Shown piece by piece: positions 1 to 9,859 of a stretch of DNA of 32,000 bases. Source of the stretch: Telmatocola sphagniphila. Lineage in GTDB: Bacteria > Planctomycetota > Planctomycetia > Gemmatales > Gemmataceae. The position numbers were made by a program, and so were the translations under genes. The notes under the pieces were generated by a model. That model worked only from the letters and a program-made list of their open reading frames with translations. It made no database searches and had not been told where the DNA came from. The number at the start of each line of letters is the position of its first letter. Position 1 is the first letter of the stretch. The DNA is taken from positions 4,800,001 through 4,832,000 of the forward strand of contig NZ_CP074694.1 of assembly GCF_018398935.1 (NCBI RefSeq). The letters run 5' to 3'.

Positions 1-112
1 AGCGCAGAAATGCGAACAGCGTCAAAGTAAAAGTGTTTCCGCAGCCAATAGCTACGAAATCCTCACCCTCCTCGACTTTCCAGCCTCCGAGCCCATACCT
101 TTTTACTTCCAT
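1..112 (-). CDS. possible 5' end of a hypothetical protein running off the left edge
   Basis: ATG (complement of 110-112) opens a minus-strand frame with no stop to position 1 (MEVKRYGLGGWKVEEGEDFVAIGCGNTFTLTLFAFLR...). It lies 76 nt downstream of the beta-lactamase-family gene on the same strand. It is too short for the ORF track and I recognise no family. Confidence 0.25.
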   Translation of the reverse strand, partial: MEVKRYGLGGWKVEEGEDFVAIGCGNTFTLTLFAFLR

Positions 113-188
113 GGGCGTTTCTCTTGGCTGCTTGTGCCTTCAGGATTGAACGTACCCGGCGAACCTCAGGTACGCGATTATCGTTCCC

Positions 189-1607
189 CTACTCATTATA
201 AAACAATAGCTGCTGGATCTTCCCATCCGGCGTGCGGTACATCGATGCTCGCAGCGTGGCAGTCTTGAACTTCAGCTTCACGTTCGCCACTTCCATGCCG
301 CCGCGCTCACTGGTGCCGCCGACATCCACACTCTCGGGATCGCCGAGCTTTTTCAATCTCTCGCTGGCGCCCTGCACGCGTTCGGGATTCAAATAGAAGC
401 TGAATTCTTCGCCGAGTTTCTCCCGGTCGAGCTTGCCCGATTGCATTTCCTTCAGAAACGCCAGCACGGCCTCCTTCGGTGCAGGTCCGGCAATCTTGGG
501 CACGGCCGGATCGTCGTTTTTCTGCACTTCCTTCACCAGCAAGTTAAAAATCAGATTGCGCACCGGACCGGGAGAAACGTGCTCCGCATTGGAAAGCAGC
601 ACAACCGCCGATTTCTTACCCGGCAGCATGGCGTTATAGGAAACGAACCCGCTGACGCCGCCGGTGTGCTGGAGAACCATATCTCCCTTGGTGAAGCCGA
701 TTCCCAGCCCGCAGCCGTAATCGGAGATTTTACCCGTGCTGAGCGGGCGAATCGAAGTCATCAGCTTATAGGATTCTGGCTTCAGAACTTTTCCTGTGAC
801 CAGAGCGAGATCCCAGCGCAAGAGGTCCGATGCGGAGGCCCAGAGTCCCCCGGCCGCTTCAATCCAACCGTCGGCCTCATAAATCGATTTCTCCGGTGCT
901 CCGATGGCGAACGAGGTGTAACCCTGGGCCACGCTCGGCAGCCCCTTGGTTGAGGCGTACTGGGAATGTTCCATTTTCAAAGGCTTGAGGATCCGCCGTT
1001 CCATGAACTTGCCCAGCGACTCCCCGGAAACTTTTTCGATGATGCCGCCGAGGATCATGTAGCCGGTGTTGCTGTAGGAGAATTTGCTGCCCGGCTCGAA
1101 ATCCAATTTCACCTTGGCGTAATCGGTCAGCATTTTTTCGAACGGAATCGGCTTCAACATCCGGCGATCGAGAAAATCGAGCGGGTAATAATCGGGATAG
1201 CCCGAAGTGTGATTCATCAGATCCAGAAGGGTAATATCCTTGGCCCGCGTCAAATCGGGATAGTACTTGGCGACCGGATCGTTCACCGAAAGCTTGCCTT
1301 CCTCGGCTAATAAAAACAGACAGGCGCAAGTGAACTGCTTGGTAATCGAGCCTATGCAAAAGCTAGTGTTCTCATCCACCGGCAACGATGGCTCGATGCT
1401 GCGCTGGCCGTAGCCTTTAGCGAAAACAATTTTGCCGTCCTGCATGATCGCCAGCGACAGACCGACGAAGCCCTTCTCCTTCTGCTGCGCGGCCACATAC
1501 GCATCGATCGCTTTGAGGTCGAAAGTCTTCGGAGCCTCAGCGGCCGATTGAGCCTGGCACACCAGTGGCAGAAAAGTCAGAAGGAGGAGAACAAAAGCTG
1601 GTTTCAT
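189..1607 (-). CDS. secreted serine hydrolase of the beta-lactamase/transpeptidase-like (AmpC/PBP-type) family
   Basis: 472-aa ORF with a signal peptide (MKPAFVLLLLTFLPLVCQAQS). It carries S-x-x-K (SITK) and Y-x-N (YSN) active-site motifs plus an extra C-terminal domain. Confidence 0.85.
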   Translation of the reverse strand: MKPAFVLLLLTFLPLVCQAQSAAEAPKTFDLKAIDAYVAAQQKEKGFVGLSLAIMQDGKIVFAKGYGQRSIEPSLPVDENTSFCIGSITKQFTCACLFLLAEEGKLSVNDPVAKYYPDLTRAKDITLLDLMNHTSGYPDYYPLDFLDRRMLKPIPFEKMLTDYAKVKLDFEPGSKFSYSNTGYMILGGIIEKVSGESLGKFMERRILKPLKMEHSQYASTKGLPSVAQGYTSFAIGAPEKSIYEADGWIEAAGGLWASASDLLRWDLALVTGKVLKPESYKLMTSIRPLSTGKISDYGCGLGIGFTKGDMVLQHTGGVSGFVSYNAMLPGKKSAVVLLSNAEHVSPGPVRNLIFNLLVKEVQKNDDPAVPKIAGPAPKEAVLAFLKEMQSGKLDREKLGEEFSFYLNPERVQGASERLKKLGDPESVDVGGTSERGGMEVANVKLKFKTATLRASMYRTPDGKIQQLLFYNE

Positions 1608-1640
1608 GAGGTGAGGACTCCGGAGTTAGCATTCATTGAG

Positions 1641-1689
1641 CGGTCAGCTTTCAGCTTTCAGCTATCAGCATTCAGCTTTCAGCTTGTTG
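1641..1689. repeat. heptamer array (CNNTCAG)x6 ending in CTTGTTG; left arm of an inverted heptamer element
   Basis: Read directly: cggtcag ctttcag ctttcag ctatcag cattcag ctttcag cttgttg. Confidence 0.9.
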
Positions 1690-1779
1690 CAATCCTATTG
1701 GTATAGCTGCTATTTGATAAGAATTCGCAAGGGCTTTGGAATTTTGTGGTCAACTTGAGTATCGACTCAATAATCGCTG

Positions 1780-1941
<162 letters not shown>

Positions 1942-2391
1942 CTAATGCGAATGGGAATGTCCATGCCCGTGCGAATGCCCCTGCTCTCCGGCATGGATGA
2001 CCACCAGCTGAGCCTGATGAATACCTTTGAGCCCGCTGAGCGATGCGGCGAACGCTCGCAGCGATTTCGAGGAGCCGCGCAGCATCAGGACTTCCATGCA
2101 GAGGTCGTGATTGAGGTGAACGTGCGTCGTCGCAATCACATAATTCTCGTGGTCATGCTGCAACTGCGTCATCTTTTCCTGCAACCCCCGACGATGGTGA
2201 TCGAAGACCAGTGTCAGGCTGGCCGCGACGATGGAGTTACTTTCTTCGGAGGCCGTGTGGGTTAATTTCTCGCGGAAGAGCTGGCGCAGGGCTTCGCTGC
2301 GGGTGGCAAATTTGCCCTGAGCGCAGTAGTCGTCGAACGCTTTGAGAAGCGGTTCTTCGATGGAAGCAGTGAAGCGAACCAGTTCGGACAT
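1942..2391 (-). CDS. nikR: nickel-responsive transcriptional regulator NikR (ribbon-helix-helix plus C-terminal metal-binding domain) with a His-rich tail
   Basis: N-terminal RHH ([35 protein letters not shown]). The C-domain segment [28 protein letters not shown] closely parallels the E. coli NikR nickel site ([28 protein letters not shown]). C-terminal tail is [11 protein letters not shown]. Confidence 0.85.
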   Translation of the reverse strand: MSELVRFTASIEEPLLKAFDDYCAQGKFATRSEALRQLFREKLTHTASEESNSIVAASLTLVFDHHRRGLQEKMTQLQHDHENYVIATTHVHLNHDLCMEVLMLRGSSKSLRAFAASLSGLKGIHQAQLVVIHAGEQGHSHGHGHSHSH

Positions 2392-2451
2392 GGCGGGACT
2401 CCCGGGAGATAGGAAGATTTTAAGAAAAATGTCAGTTTCGTCGAAAGAGAC

Positions 2452-2479
2452 TGGACATGGGAGATGCGAGTATTACAAT
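2452..2479 (+). promoter_or_regulatory. candidate sigma-70-type promoter for the DUF1559 cluster
   Basis: TGGACA (2452-2457), 16-nt spacer, TACAAT (2474-2479), about 30 nt upstream of the GTG start at 2510. Confidence 0.35.
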
Positions 2480-2497
2480 TATGCAAATCGTAATACT
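2469..2497. promoter_or_regulatory. perfect 8-bp inverted repeat AGTATTAC-N13-GTAATACT; candidate NikR operator
   Basis: The dyad was read directly in the nikR/DUF1559 divergent intergenic region and overlaps the putative -10. Its architecture resembles known NikR dyads (E. coli GTATGA-N16-TCATAC). Confidence 0.45.
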
Positions 2498-2509
2498 GGA
2501 GTTGCCGCC

Positions 2510-3421
2510 GTGCTGCATCCCTTGAGAAATCGAAACGGTTTTACTCTGATCGAACTTCTGGTGGTGATCGCCATCATCGCGGTGCTGATCGGGCTTTTAT
2601 TACCGGCGGTTCAAAAAGTGCGTGAAGCGGCCAGTGTCCTCCGATGCGCGAACAATGAAAAGCAATTGATCCTGGCGATCCACTCGTACGCGAACACTTT
2701 CAGCGACAAACTTCCGCCTTCCAACTTCTATCAGGTGGTGAATTCTTCGACCGGAAATACAGCCGAAGGAAGCGCTTTTTATGCCACGCTGGCTTTCTAT
2801 GAGCAGGGCAATGTGTTCAACACCTGCACGCAGGACATCCCCAAGCCGGGTTATTTAACGGCGGCTTTCATCCCTCTAAAAATCCACGTTTGCACATCGG
2901 ACCCGACGACGAATAACGGCATTGGTAGCGTGGCCCCGAACTATGCCACGGGAAATTATGCTCTGAACCTGGCAATGTTTGGCGCCGGGGGAACTTTCAA
3001 TCTGAAAGGAGTTTCTCCTCCCTATACGATTGGGAATATTCCCGATGGAAGCTCGAATACGATCGGGATTGTCGAAGCTTCCGGATGTTTCCCCGGTTAT
3101 CCCACCGTCGATCCGCAGACGGGTACTCTCACCAGTTACATGACCTGGCACTGGCCGGCCTATCCGAATTCCTTTGGTCCTTACTGGCCCGACCCCGATG
3201 AGTTACCGGGCCAGGCAAATTACACCGGGCTCTATACCCTGCCGCAAATCGGCGTGAACATGATGAAGGCCGACCCGAATTTGTGCCAGTCCTATCACTC
3301 GATCATGAACGTCGCCCTGATGGATGGAAGTGTTCGAAAGGTCACGACCGGTCTTAGTCCATTGACCTGGACGAACGCGTTGAATCCCGCCGATGGTCAG
3401 GTGTTGGGTTCCGACTGGTAA
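2510..3421 (+). CDS. DUF1559 domain protein with prepilin-type N-terminal cleavage/methylation motif
   Basis: [33 protein letters not shown]-terminus and a C-terminal ...[12 protein letters not shown] motif typical of the family. I place the start at GTG 2510, preceded by GGAG at 2498-2501. The longer track ORF from 2342 would overlap nikR. Confidence 0.85.
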   Translation: MLHPLRNRNGFTLIELLVVIAIIAVLIGLLLPAVQKVREAASVLRCANNEKQLILAIHSYANTFSDKLPPSNFYQVVNSSTGNTAEGSAFYATLAFYEQGNVFNTCTQDIPKPGYLTAAFIPLKIHVCTSDPTTNNGIGSVAPNYATGNYALNLAMFGAGGTFNLKGVSPPYTIGNIPDGSSNTIGIVEASGCFPGYPTVDPQTGTLTSYMTWHWPAYPNSFGPYWPDPDELPGQANYTGLYTLPQIGVNMMKADPNLCQSYHSIMNVALMDGSVRKVTTGLSPLTWTNALNPADGQVLGSDW

Positions 3422-3504
3422 AGTAAATTAATGTCTTAAACTCCGTGTGGATTTAAAGTTTTTAGTTCATCCGTTTAACCAACTTGTTTTTGAAAGATTT
3501 TGGG

Positions 3505-4296
3505 ATGCGCCCACAATTAAACGCTCGTAATCGAGCATTCACTTTGATTGAACTTTTAGTCGTAATCGCCATCATCGCGGTGCTGATCGGGCTGTTATTG
3601 CCCGCCGTGCAGAAAGTCCGGGAAGCGGCGGCACGGATCAAGTGCCAGTCCAATATGAAGCAGATCGGCCTGGCCACGTTGCAATATTACGATCTTACCG
3701 ACGGCAAATTCTTTCTGCACCATCCTTTCGAAGCCGATGTGATTTCCAACACCGGGAATGCCAACTCCTTCGCGGAAATCTACTGGGAAGACAAGCTGAT
3801 GCCTTTCATCGGTGGCACCCAGGAAGCGAATGAAAATTTATCGAAGCAGGGCATCATTCTTCCCAGCGAAGCGATTTATCGCTGCCCTTCGGATCTTTCG
3901 ATTCGTCAGCCGTATGTGGAAGACGGCATCATCGATGGTGTGGAGCATCGCACCAGTTTTCTGATGAATTCGCAACTCAGCCACAAGACCCGGCGCTACG
4001 GCCACTGGACGCTGATGCGGTTCATCAATGAAGTCGGTACCTCGCAGTTCATCGATTTCGTCGAACGCAATGCAAACCCGTTGACCGTTGAACTGGGGGA
4101 GGATCCCCGGCAGGACGATTTCGATATCTGGCTGGGGACCGGAATTTTCAAACCCTGGATCGCCTGGGACCGCCATGCCGGGGTGGCGAATTATCTCTAC
4201 CTCGATGGGCATGTGGTTTCCCTCCGCTGGGATTTCGGAGTAATAGACCTGTTCCCCGACAAAGTGGTTTTGACGCAGGACAGCAGCTTTCCATGA
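3505..4296 (+). CDS. DUF1559 domain protein with prepilin-type N-terminal cleavage/methylation motif (second paralog)
   Basis: [42 protein letters not shown] with C-terminal ...[15 protein letters not shown] at 3505 is preferred over the TTG at 3484. Confidence 0.85.
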   Translation: MRPQLNARNRAFTLIELLVVIAIIAVLIGLLLPAVQKVREAAARIKCQSNMKQIGLATLQYYDLTDGKFFLHHPFEADVISNTGNANSFAEIYWEDKLMPFIGGTQEANENLSKQGIILPSEAIYRCPSDLSIRQPYVEDGIIDGVEHRTSFLMNSQLSHKTRRYGHWTLMRFINEVGTSQFIDFVERNANPLTVELGEDPRQDDFDIWLGTGIFKPWIAWDRHAGVANYLYLDGHVVSLRWDFGVIDLFPDKVVLTQDSSFP

Positions 4297-4733
4297 GCGC
4301 GATCCGAAACTTGAGTTGCAATTGGCTGGCCTGGATTTTGGCAATCCCGCTTTTGGGTTGCGGCGATTCCGGAAGCGTGGAAAAATCGGTGGATACCGGA
4401 TCGCGCAATGCCGTCAATAATTTCTTCAATGGCCTGATCGAGAAGAAGTGGTTTCAATCCTACGATCAGTTATCACCGGAGGGGAAGAAAAAAAATTCAC
4501 TGGAGCAGTTCACTCGCAAGGCCACCAGTTGGCGAAAGAACCTGGGTTTTGAACCTCAATCGGTTTTTATTCAATCCTGCGAGGAGCGACCCAACGAGGC
4601 TATAGCGCACGTCTCGATTATCGCCGCGTCCGGATCGCAGCGGACGCGTTTTAAAGAGGCGATTTCCCTGACGAGACAGGATCAGAATTGGTATATCGTT
4701 CTACCGAATAATTTCGGGCAACGCACGCATTAA
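4293..4733 (+). CDS. small lipoprotein, function unknown
   Basis: Lipobox LLGC after a hydrophobic leader. The start overlaps the upstream stop (ATGA at 4293-4296), suggesting translational coupling to the DUF1559 gene. Confidence 0.7.
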   Translation: MSAIRNLSCNWLAWILAIPLLGCGDSGSVEKSVDTGSRNAVNNFFNGLIEKKWFQSYDQLSPEGKKKNSLEQFTRKATSWRKNLGFEPQSVFIQSCEERPNEAIAHVSIIAASGSQRTRFKEAISLTRQDQNWYIVLPNNFGQRTH

Positions 4734-4799
4734 ACCTACCTGTTCATTCAGAAGTAAAGATTCATTGTTCCTTCATAGCTGGCGCGTTAAATTGCGAGG

Positions 4800-6206
4800 A
4801 TGAAATACCTTCGCCTGCCTAAAAGCCGGATGCTCCGCTTCGGCATCTTTCTCCTCGGCACATTTCTGTTGAGTCTAGCCGGATTGTTCGGCTACCGGGC
4901 TTGGATCTTCCATCGTTCGCATCAGCAATTTATCGCTGTGATCGAACACCTGAACGCCACCGATCCGAACTGGAAATTGGAGGATTATTTCCAATCTCGG
5001 CCAAAAATTCCCGATGAGGAAAACGCCTGGGTGTACTTGCAGAAATTGAACAACAGAGAACCAAAAAATTATAAGAGAGTGCGTGCGATGCAATATTCGA
5101 CTCCGAACGCACACGACGGAACCTATTCCGAGTTAGATCAGGACACCAAGACGTTTTTAGATCTCAATGCAGATCTGATCGAAAGCTGTCGTCATCTTCG
5201 AAATTTCGAGCGAGCGGTCGAGACTGAGCAAAATATTCGAACCGGTTTGGATCACCCGGCATTTTTTTTTAATGAGCAGATCCCGGGAAAATATACAAGC
5301 CTGATGATGACAGATTTTACAAATCAACTCCACATGGGTAACCAAGAATTAATGACTCAGGATCTGGAAGCTCTCTTAAAGATTCCTAGCTTCATGATCG
5401 ATCAGCAGCATGGCCAGACCAGTATTAGATTCTTCATTGTTTACAATCGGGTCGGTAGTCTCCTGTCCTGGGCCCTGTCGAAAAGCGAATTCACCGAAAG
5501 TCAATTACAACGACTAGAGAAAGTTCTTCAGAATAATCTTCCAGAGCAGGTCGAACTCGAACACGACAAATTGAGTCGCGCCGTTTACTTCGAAAGATTA
5601 CCTCGCAATCAAATTCATAGTGAGGGCACGCAATTTCTGCGTTGGCGTTCTTTTAAAATTCCTGTTCCGGATTCAGCAATAAAGCGGTTCATCGCCCGAA
5701 ATCGTTACACCCCTTGGGAAGAAGAGGAATTTGCCCGGGTTCTAAGTCAGCTTTCGGATGATATTCTCGCTCTTGAGCAAGATCCCATTGACTTACAAGG
5801 ATGTAAGCAAAAGTTGCATTCAGGGTTTGCAGCAAACTCTGGGAATGGTTCACAATCGGATTACGCCTTGCAACTTAACCCGTTGCTGACTGCGGAACAA
5901 TCGCGACGCTTCAATCTGACCCTATTGAAAGTGGAGCAATTCCGACTTTCTAAGAAACGATGGCCGACCTCCGCCGCGGAAATCCCGGAGCTTCCAAAAT
6001 CCATTTACAAGGATGAACCGTTTCAAATACTATCCAATCGTCAAGGCATCATCATTGCTGGTACTGCGGGAAATGCCGTCGCGGAAACGGAATTGAGTAA
6101 CTTGGAAGCGTCCACTCGTGATTTCAACCAATCACTCGAATCGAACTCGAACGGCGAAAAAGGATTCTGGGCCAAGCTTCTCAATCCCGACCTGCGCAAG
6201 AAGTAA
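4800..6206 (+). CDS. membrane-anchored hypothetical protein
   Basis: 468-aa ORF with one N-terminal TM helix (FGIFLLGTFLLSLAGLFGY). No recognisable domain. Same strand as the DUF1559 cluster. Confidence 0.65.
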   Translation: MKYLRLPKSRMLRFGIFLLGTFLLSLAGLFGYRAWIFHRSHQQFIAVIEHLNATDPNWKLEDYFQSRPKIPDEENAWVYLQKLNNREPKNYKRVRAMQYSTPNAHDGTYSELDQDTKTFLDLNADLIESCRHLRNFERAVETEQNIRTGLDHPAFFFNEQIPGKYTSLMMTDFTNQLHMGNQELMTQDLEALLKIPSFMIDQQHGQTSIRFFIVYNRVGSLLSWALSKSEFTESQLQRLEKVLQNNLPEQVELEHDKLSRAVYFERLPRNQIHSEGTQFLRWRSFKIPVPDSAIKRFIARNRYTPWEEEEFARVLSQLSDDILALEQDPIDLQGCKQKLHSGFAANSGNGSQSDYALQLNPLLTAEQSRRFNLTLLKVEQFRLSKKRWPTSAAEIPELPKSIYKDEPFQILSNRQGIIIAGTAGNAVAETELSNLEASTRDFNQSLESNSNGEKGFWAKLLNPDLRKK

Positions 6207-6216
6207 ACACCCTCAA

Positions 6217-6250
6217 TGACAAAATCCCGCGGCGAACCGCGGGATTTTGT
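6217..6250. terminator. bidirectional intrinsic terminator hairpin
   Basis: Perfect 15-bp stem gacaaaatcccgcgg / ccgcgggattttgtc with loop cgaa. A/T tracts lie on both sides, and it sits between convergent genes ending at 6206 (+) and 6279 (-). Confidence 0.75.
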
Positions 6251-6278
6251 CGATTTCTAATTTCAAGTTTCGAATCTC

Positions 6279-8999
6279 TTAGCAGGCCACAACCTGAGCC
6301 GCCCGACGTTTGCGGCGGATCAAAAAGCCCAGGCCGCCCACACCGGCCAGTGCCAGGAAAGAACTGGGTTCGGGAAGCGGATTGTAAATCACCACGTCAT
6401 TCCCACCAGTGATCGAGTTGGTGCCCACGTTACCGGTGTAGCTGATGTACCCGGTATAGGCGAAGCCGTTGTAGCTACCCAGACTGATCTGGCTGCCCTG
6501 CGGCATGCCATTGAAGATGCTGCTCGTGGCATTCGTTCCATTCACGATGATGAAGAACTTGTCGGAGTAAGCCGGGAAGTAGGACAGCACGATCTGCAGG
6601 TTAGCGGAGCCGAGATTCAGCAGTTGGCCGGCCGTCATGCTAATTTGCGAGTAACCGCCCGTTCCAGGAGTGTTACCATTCAAGTAAACCGTCAAGGAAC
6701 CTCCGGAATTCAAGCTCACACCGGAAGTGGAGGTCAGGATACCCGGCGAGGATGTGTTGGGATTACCGGGAACCACGCTACCGCCGCTGGCCACGTTGAT
6801 CGCCCCGACCGTACCGAAGCCGTACAGGGTACCACCGCTGGTCACATTGATACCGGCATTGATCGTACTGCTGGTGCCAACGTAGATCGTTCCACTATTG
6901 GAGATGGTGCTGGCGGTAGGACTGAAGGTGCTTCCCCCAATGACATTCAGCGTCCCTTTATTGGTGGTCAGCGAATTCAGGGCGGCGAATACCGCATTGG
7001 GTCCACCCAATTGCACGGTGGTATTCACATCAATGGTGCTTACGGAATTCGAACCCAGATTCAAAGTCGAGTTGGCGTCCACCAACCAGGTGCCCCCGGA
7101 TAACGTTGTAGTGCCACTGTTGTAATTCGTGATTGTTGCAGCACTCAGGTCGAAGGTGGAAGAAACCGTCTCCAACGTACCGGAATTGGTGAAAGAGACA
7201 CCGGAAGCAACGACGAAGTTGCCATTATTCATAAAGTTGCCCGCATTCACGAAACTGGCCGATCCTGTTCCCGTGTTGCGGCCGATCCCGGCAGTGGAAT
7301 TGTTCGTTAAGGTGGTACCCGAAGTGATCGTCAGGACGCCGCCGCCATCGATGTCGATGGTGCCATTCCAGCTGCTGATGCTGTTGACGTTGACTGCGGA
7401 ACCATTGATATAAGTGGTTGCCCCATAAGTATTCAGGCCCCCATTGGCGTTAACAGTGCCAGTCCCGCCGAAGGTGCCACCGTTCCAGGTGATGGCGCCA
7501 CTGACGTTGAGAACACCCGTGCCCTGCACATTACCACCGGCGAAGGTCAGATTAACGCTGGAAACTGCAGCGTTGACGTTCAGCGTACCACCGTTGACCT
7601 GGAAGACTCCGGAGTTCGAAGCTCCATAAGTGATCGCCGCACCGGAACCCAGGTTATAAATCGAAGCGGATTCGATGCTGATCGTTCCGCCATTAAGAAC
7701 GAAAGCGCCGGTGCTGGTACCGCTGGCATTCACCAGAAGCGTATTGGAGTTGGCCTGGACGGTACCGGTGTTGTTGAAGGTCACGTTAGCCGCAATCGAA
7801 CTGGTGGAACTGCCGGAAGCATTGATGAAAGTTCCCCCATTCGAGAAGGTGGCACTACCAACGCCGGAATTGCGAGCGATGGAAGTACCGGCGGTAGCTG
7901 TAAGTGTGGCCCCCGCCAGGGTGGAAAGCGTCGATCCATTATCGATGGTGATGCTGCCACTGGTTCCCAGGCTATAGTTGGCCAGAGCCTGGAAAGTCAA
8001 AGAGCCCTGGTTGAGCACGAAGCTGCCGGTATTAGTACCGCTGCCATTGATGTTCAAAGTTCCCGAGTTGGCTTGCACAGTGCCGAAGTTATTGAAGGTG
8101 ATATTGGCACCAATCGAACTGGAGCCCGAACTACCTGGGTTATTGGTAAAGGTCCCCTGGTTGCTGATTGTTGCCGTTCCGGTTCCGCTGCTTCGGCTGA
8201 AGGTCACCCCCGCAGTCGAGCTGATAATGGAGCCCGAGTTGAATGTCAGCACGCTGCCGCCATCAATAAAGATCGTTCCACCCAGCGTATTGCTGGAAGA
8301 AAGATTCAAAGCGGCTCCGGCGAGATATTTACTCCCCGAACCGGCGCTGACACCCGAATTGGCATTGATCGTACCGCCAGAGAGCGTACCCCCCGACCAG
8401 TTGAAAGTGCCCGTGCTGTTGAGGGTCGAGCCCGTTCCCGCATAAATTCCCGAGCTGACCGTAAAGGTCGAGCCCGAGTTAAAAGTTATGGTACCTGAAC
8501 CCGAGTAAGTGCCCCCACTGATGGTGAACAACGCTCCGGAACTAAAGGTGTAATTCCCGGCTCCGGAGGCCGAGCCGCCGGACAATGTGTAGGTCGAACC
8601 ATTCTGACCGCTGTAGAGGCCACCCGAACTCAAGTTGAACGAGCCGGCCGATATGCTGAAAAAGCTATTGTTCGTGTAAGTTCCTGTCATCGCGAACGAG
8701 GCAGAACTGGAGGTCAGAGCCAGAGTTGCATTCGAGCCAACGCTGCTCGTTATGAAAGCCACCGCTTCGGAATCCGTAATCTGGGCCGTATAGGGAGTTC
8801 CGGCAAAGCTGCTGAAGATCGCCGTATCCCCGGCTTTCGGTAGCGCACCCGGCCCGCTCCAGGCGTTGGTATTATTCCAGTTATTGGGCACGTAGCCGTA
8901 CTGCCAGTAGTAGGTCCCAGCCTCGGCACTATTTTCGAATCTGATTATGGAGAGAGAGACAACACAAAGCGTGAGTAACCGGAGCCAATTCAATCTCAT
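6279..8999 (-). CDS. large secreted beta-helix repeat protein with C-terminal PEP-CTERM sorting signal
   Basis: Signal peptide at the N-terminus and S/G/T/N-rich sequence throughout. Repeat modules of about 100 aa recur (e.g. ISNQGTFTNNPGSSGSSSIGANITFNNFGTVQANSGTLNINGSGTNTGSFVLNQG vs FSNGGTFINASGSSTSSIAANVTFNNTGTVQANSNTLLVNASGTSTGAFVLNGG). The C-terminus PLPEPSSFLALAGVGGLGFLIRRKRR gives PEP, a TM helix and a basic tail. ATG 8999 is preferred to GTG 9014. Confidence 0.85.
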   Translation of the reverse strand: MRLNWLRLLTLCVVSLSIIRFENSAEAGTYYWQYGYVPNNWNNTNAWSGPGALPKAGDTAIFSSFAGTPYTAQITDSEAVAFITSSVGSNATLALTSSSASFAMTGTYTNNSFFSISAGSFNLSSGGLYSGQNGSTYTLSGGSASGAGNYTFSSGALFTISGGTYSGSGTITFNSGSTFTVSSGIYAGTGSTLNSTGTFNWSGGTLSGGTINANSGVSAGSGSKYLAGAALNLSSSNTLGGTIFIDGGSVLTFNSGSIISSTAGVTFSRSSGTGTATISNQGTFTNNPGSSGSSSIGANITFNNFGTVQANSGTLNINGSGTNTGSFVLNQGSLTFQALANYSLGTSGSITIDNGSTLSTLAGATLTATAGTSIARNSGVGSATFSNGGTFINASGSSTSSIAANVTFNNTGTVQANSNTLLVNASGTSTGAFVLNGGTISIESASIYNLGSGAAITYGASNSGVFQVNGGTLNVNAAVSSVNLTFAGGNVQGTGVLNVSGAITWNGGTFGGTGTVNANGGLNTYGATTYINGSAVNVNSISSWNGTIDIDGGGVLTITSGTTLTNNSTAGIGRNTGTGSASFVNAGNFMNNGNFVVASGVSFTNSGTLETVSSTFDLSAATITNYNSGTTTLSGGTWLVDANSTLNLGSNSVSTIDVNTTVQLGGPNAVFAALNSLTTNKGTLNVIGGSTFSPTASTISNSGTIYVGTSSTINAGINVTSGGTLYGFGTVGAINVASGGSVVPGNPNTSSPGILTSTSGVSLNSGGSLTVYLNGNTPGTGGYSQISMTAGQLLNLGSANLQIVLSYFPAYSDKFFIIVNGTNATSSIFNGMPQGSQISLGSYNGFAYTGYISYTGNVGTNSITGGNDVVIYNPLPEPSSFLALAGVGGLGFLIRRKRRAAQVVAC

Positions 9000-9146
9000 A
9001 CTGCTGCCGCTCACAAAAGAGTACGTGCAAATACGTTAGGACTATTCAGGATAGTGTAACCCTAACAAACTTTATTAGAATGGCAACATAAAATGGGCAA
9101 AATATACTGTGGCAGCGGTATTTTGCGGAAATATTAACAATTCGCT

Positions 9147-9830
9147 CTAAAGCAAAAGTTTGGTTATAGCGATTTTGCCGTTAAAGCAGGCCTGTACATC
9201 ACTTCCGTTCGTTCGGAGCCGTTCGTGATAATGGCTCAAATAGTCAATTTGATCCCCATTTTTTACCCAGTCGAAGGCCATCGGCGTTGTGTCGAGCTGG
9301 CAAAAATCGACGTCCGGATCGGCAATTTCTGCGGATAGATGAGGAAAATTCACGCTCCAGTACTCCTTTTTTTCGCGTGGCAACTCAAAAATAGCCTCGA
9401 TCGCCCTCGGTAGCATCCTCGCCACACGGTCCCAATCGAAGTCCCGATTTTTCGCCCGATAGTGCGAAAAACCGATGCCCGGAATGCCGTAAATCGCCCC
9501 TTCCCGCACGGCGGCCATCGTTCCCGACAGAAAGACATCCACCCCCAGATTTCCGCCGTGATTGACCCCGGAGAAGATCCAATCGGGCTGAATTCGGAGA
9601 TGCCTCAAAGCCACCCGGACGCAATCGGCCGGAAATCCGTTGACGGCGAAACGATTCGCTCCGAAGTGTTCCACTCTCAAGGGAGCATGCGCCGTTACTT
9701 GATGGCTGCACCCCGATTGGGCACCGATCGGGGCCATCCAGTAGATATCGCCATATTTTTTCGCGGCCTCGGCCAGCACCGATAGACCGACAGCATCGAT
9801 GCCGTCGTCGTTAGTCAGCAGTATTTTCAT
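9147..9830 (-). CDS. surE: 5'/3'-nucleotidase SurE
   Basis: Canonical N-terminus MKILLTNDDGIDAVGL and GVNHGGNLG motif; 227 aa. Confidence 0.9.
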   Translation of the reverse strand: MKILLTNDDGIDAVGLSVLAEAAKKYGDIYWMAPIGAQSGCSHQVTAHAPLRVEHFGANRFAVNGFPADCVRVALRHLRIQPDWIFSGVNHGGNLGVDVFLSGTMAAVREGAIYGIPGIGFSHYRAKNRDFDWDRVARMLPRAIEAIFELPREKKEYWSVNFPHLSAEIADPDVDFCQLDTTPMAFDWVKNGDQIDYLSHYHERLRTNGSDVQACFNGKIAITKLLL

Positions 9831-9859
9831 ATCGTGAGTTTATGATTTTGGAGAAACCC

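Noticed and set aside
2342-2509. Upstream extension of the first DUF1559 ORF (track start 2342)
   Set aside because: The extension overlaps the nikR 5' coding region on the opposite strand. Family members begin a few residues before the GFTLIELL motif, and GTG 2510 with an upstream GGAG fits that.
6624-8498. Series of plus-strand ORFs (61-159 aa) antisense to the PEP-CTERM gene
   Set aside because: These are shadow frames created by the biased, repetitive composition of the beta-helix gene. They have low-complexity P/V/L- or R/G-rich translations and no start context.
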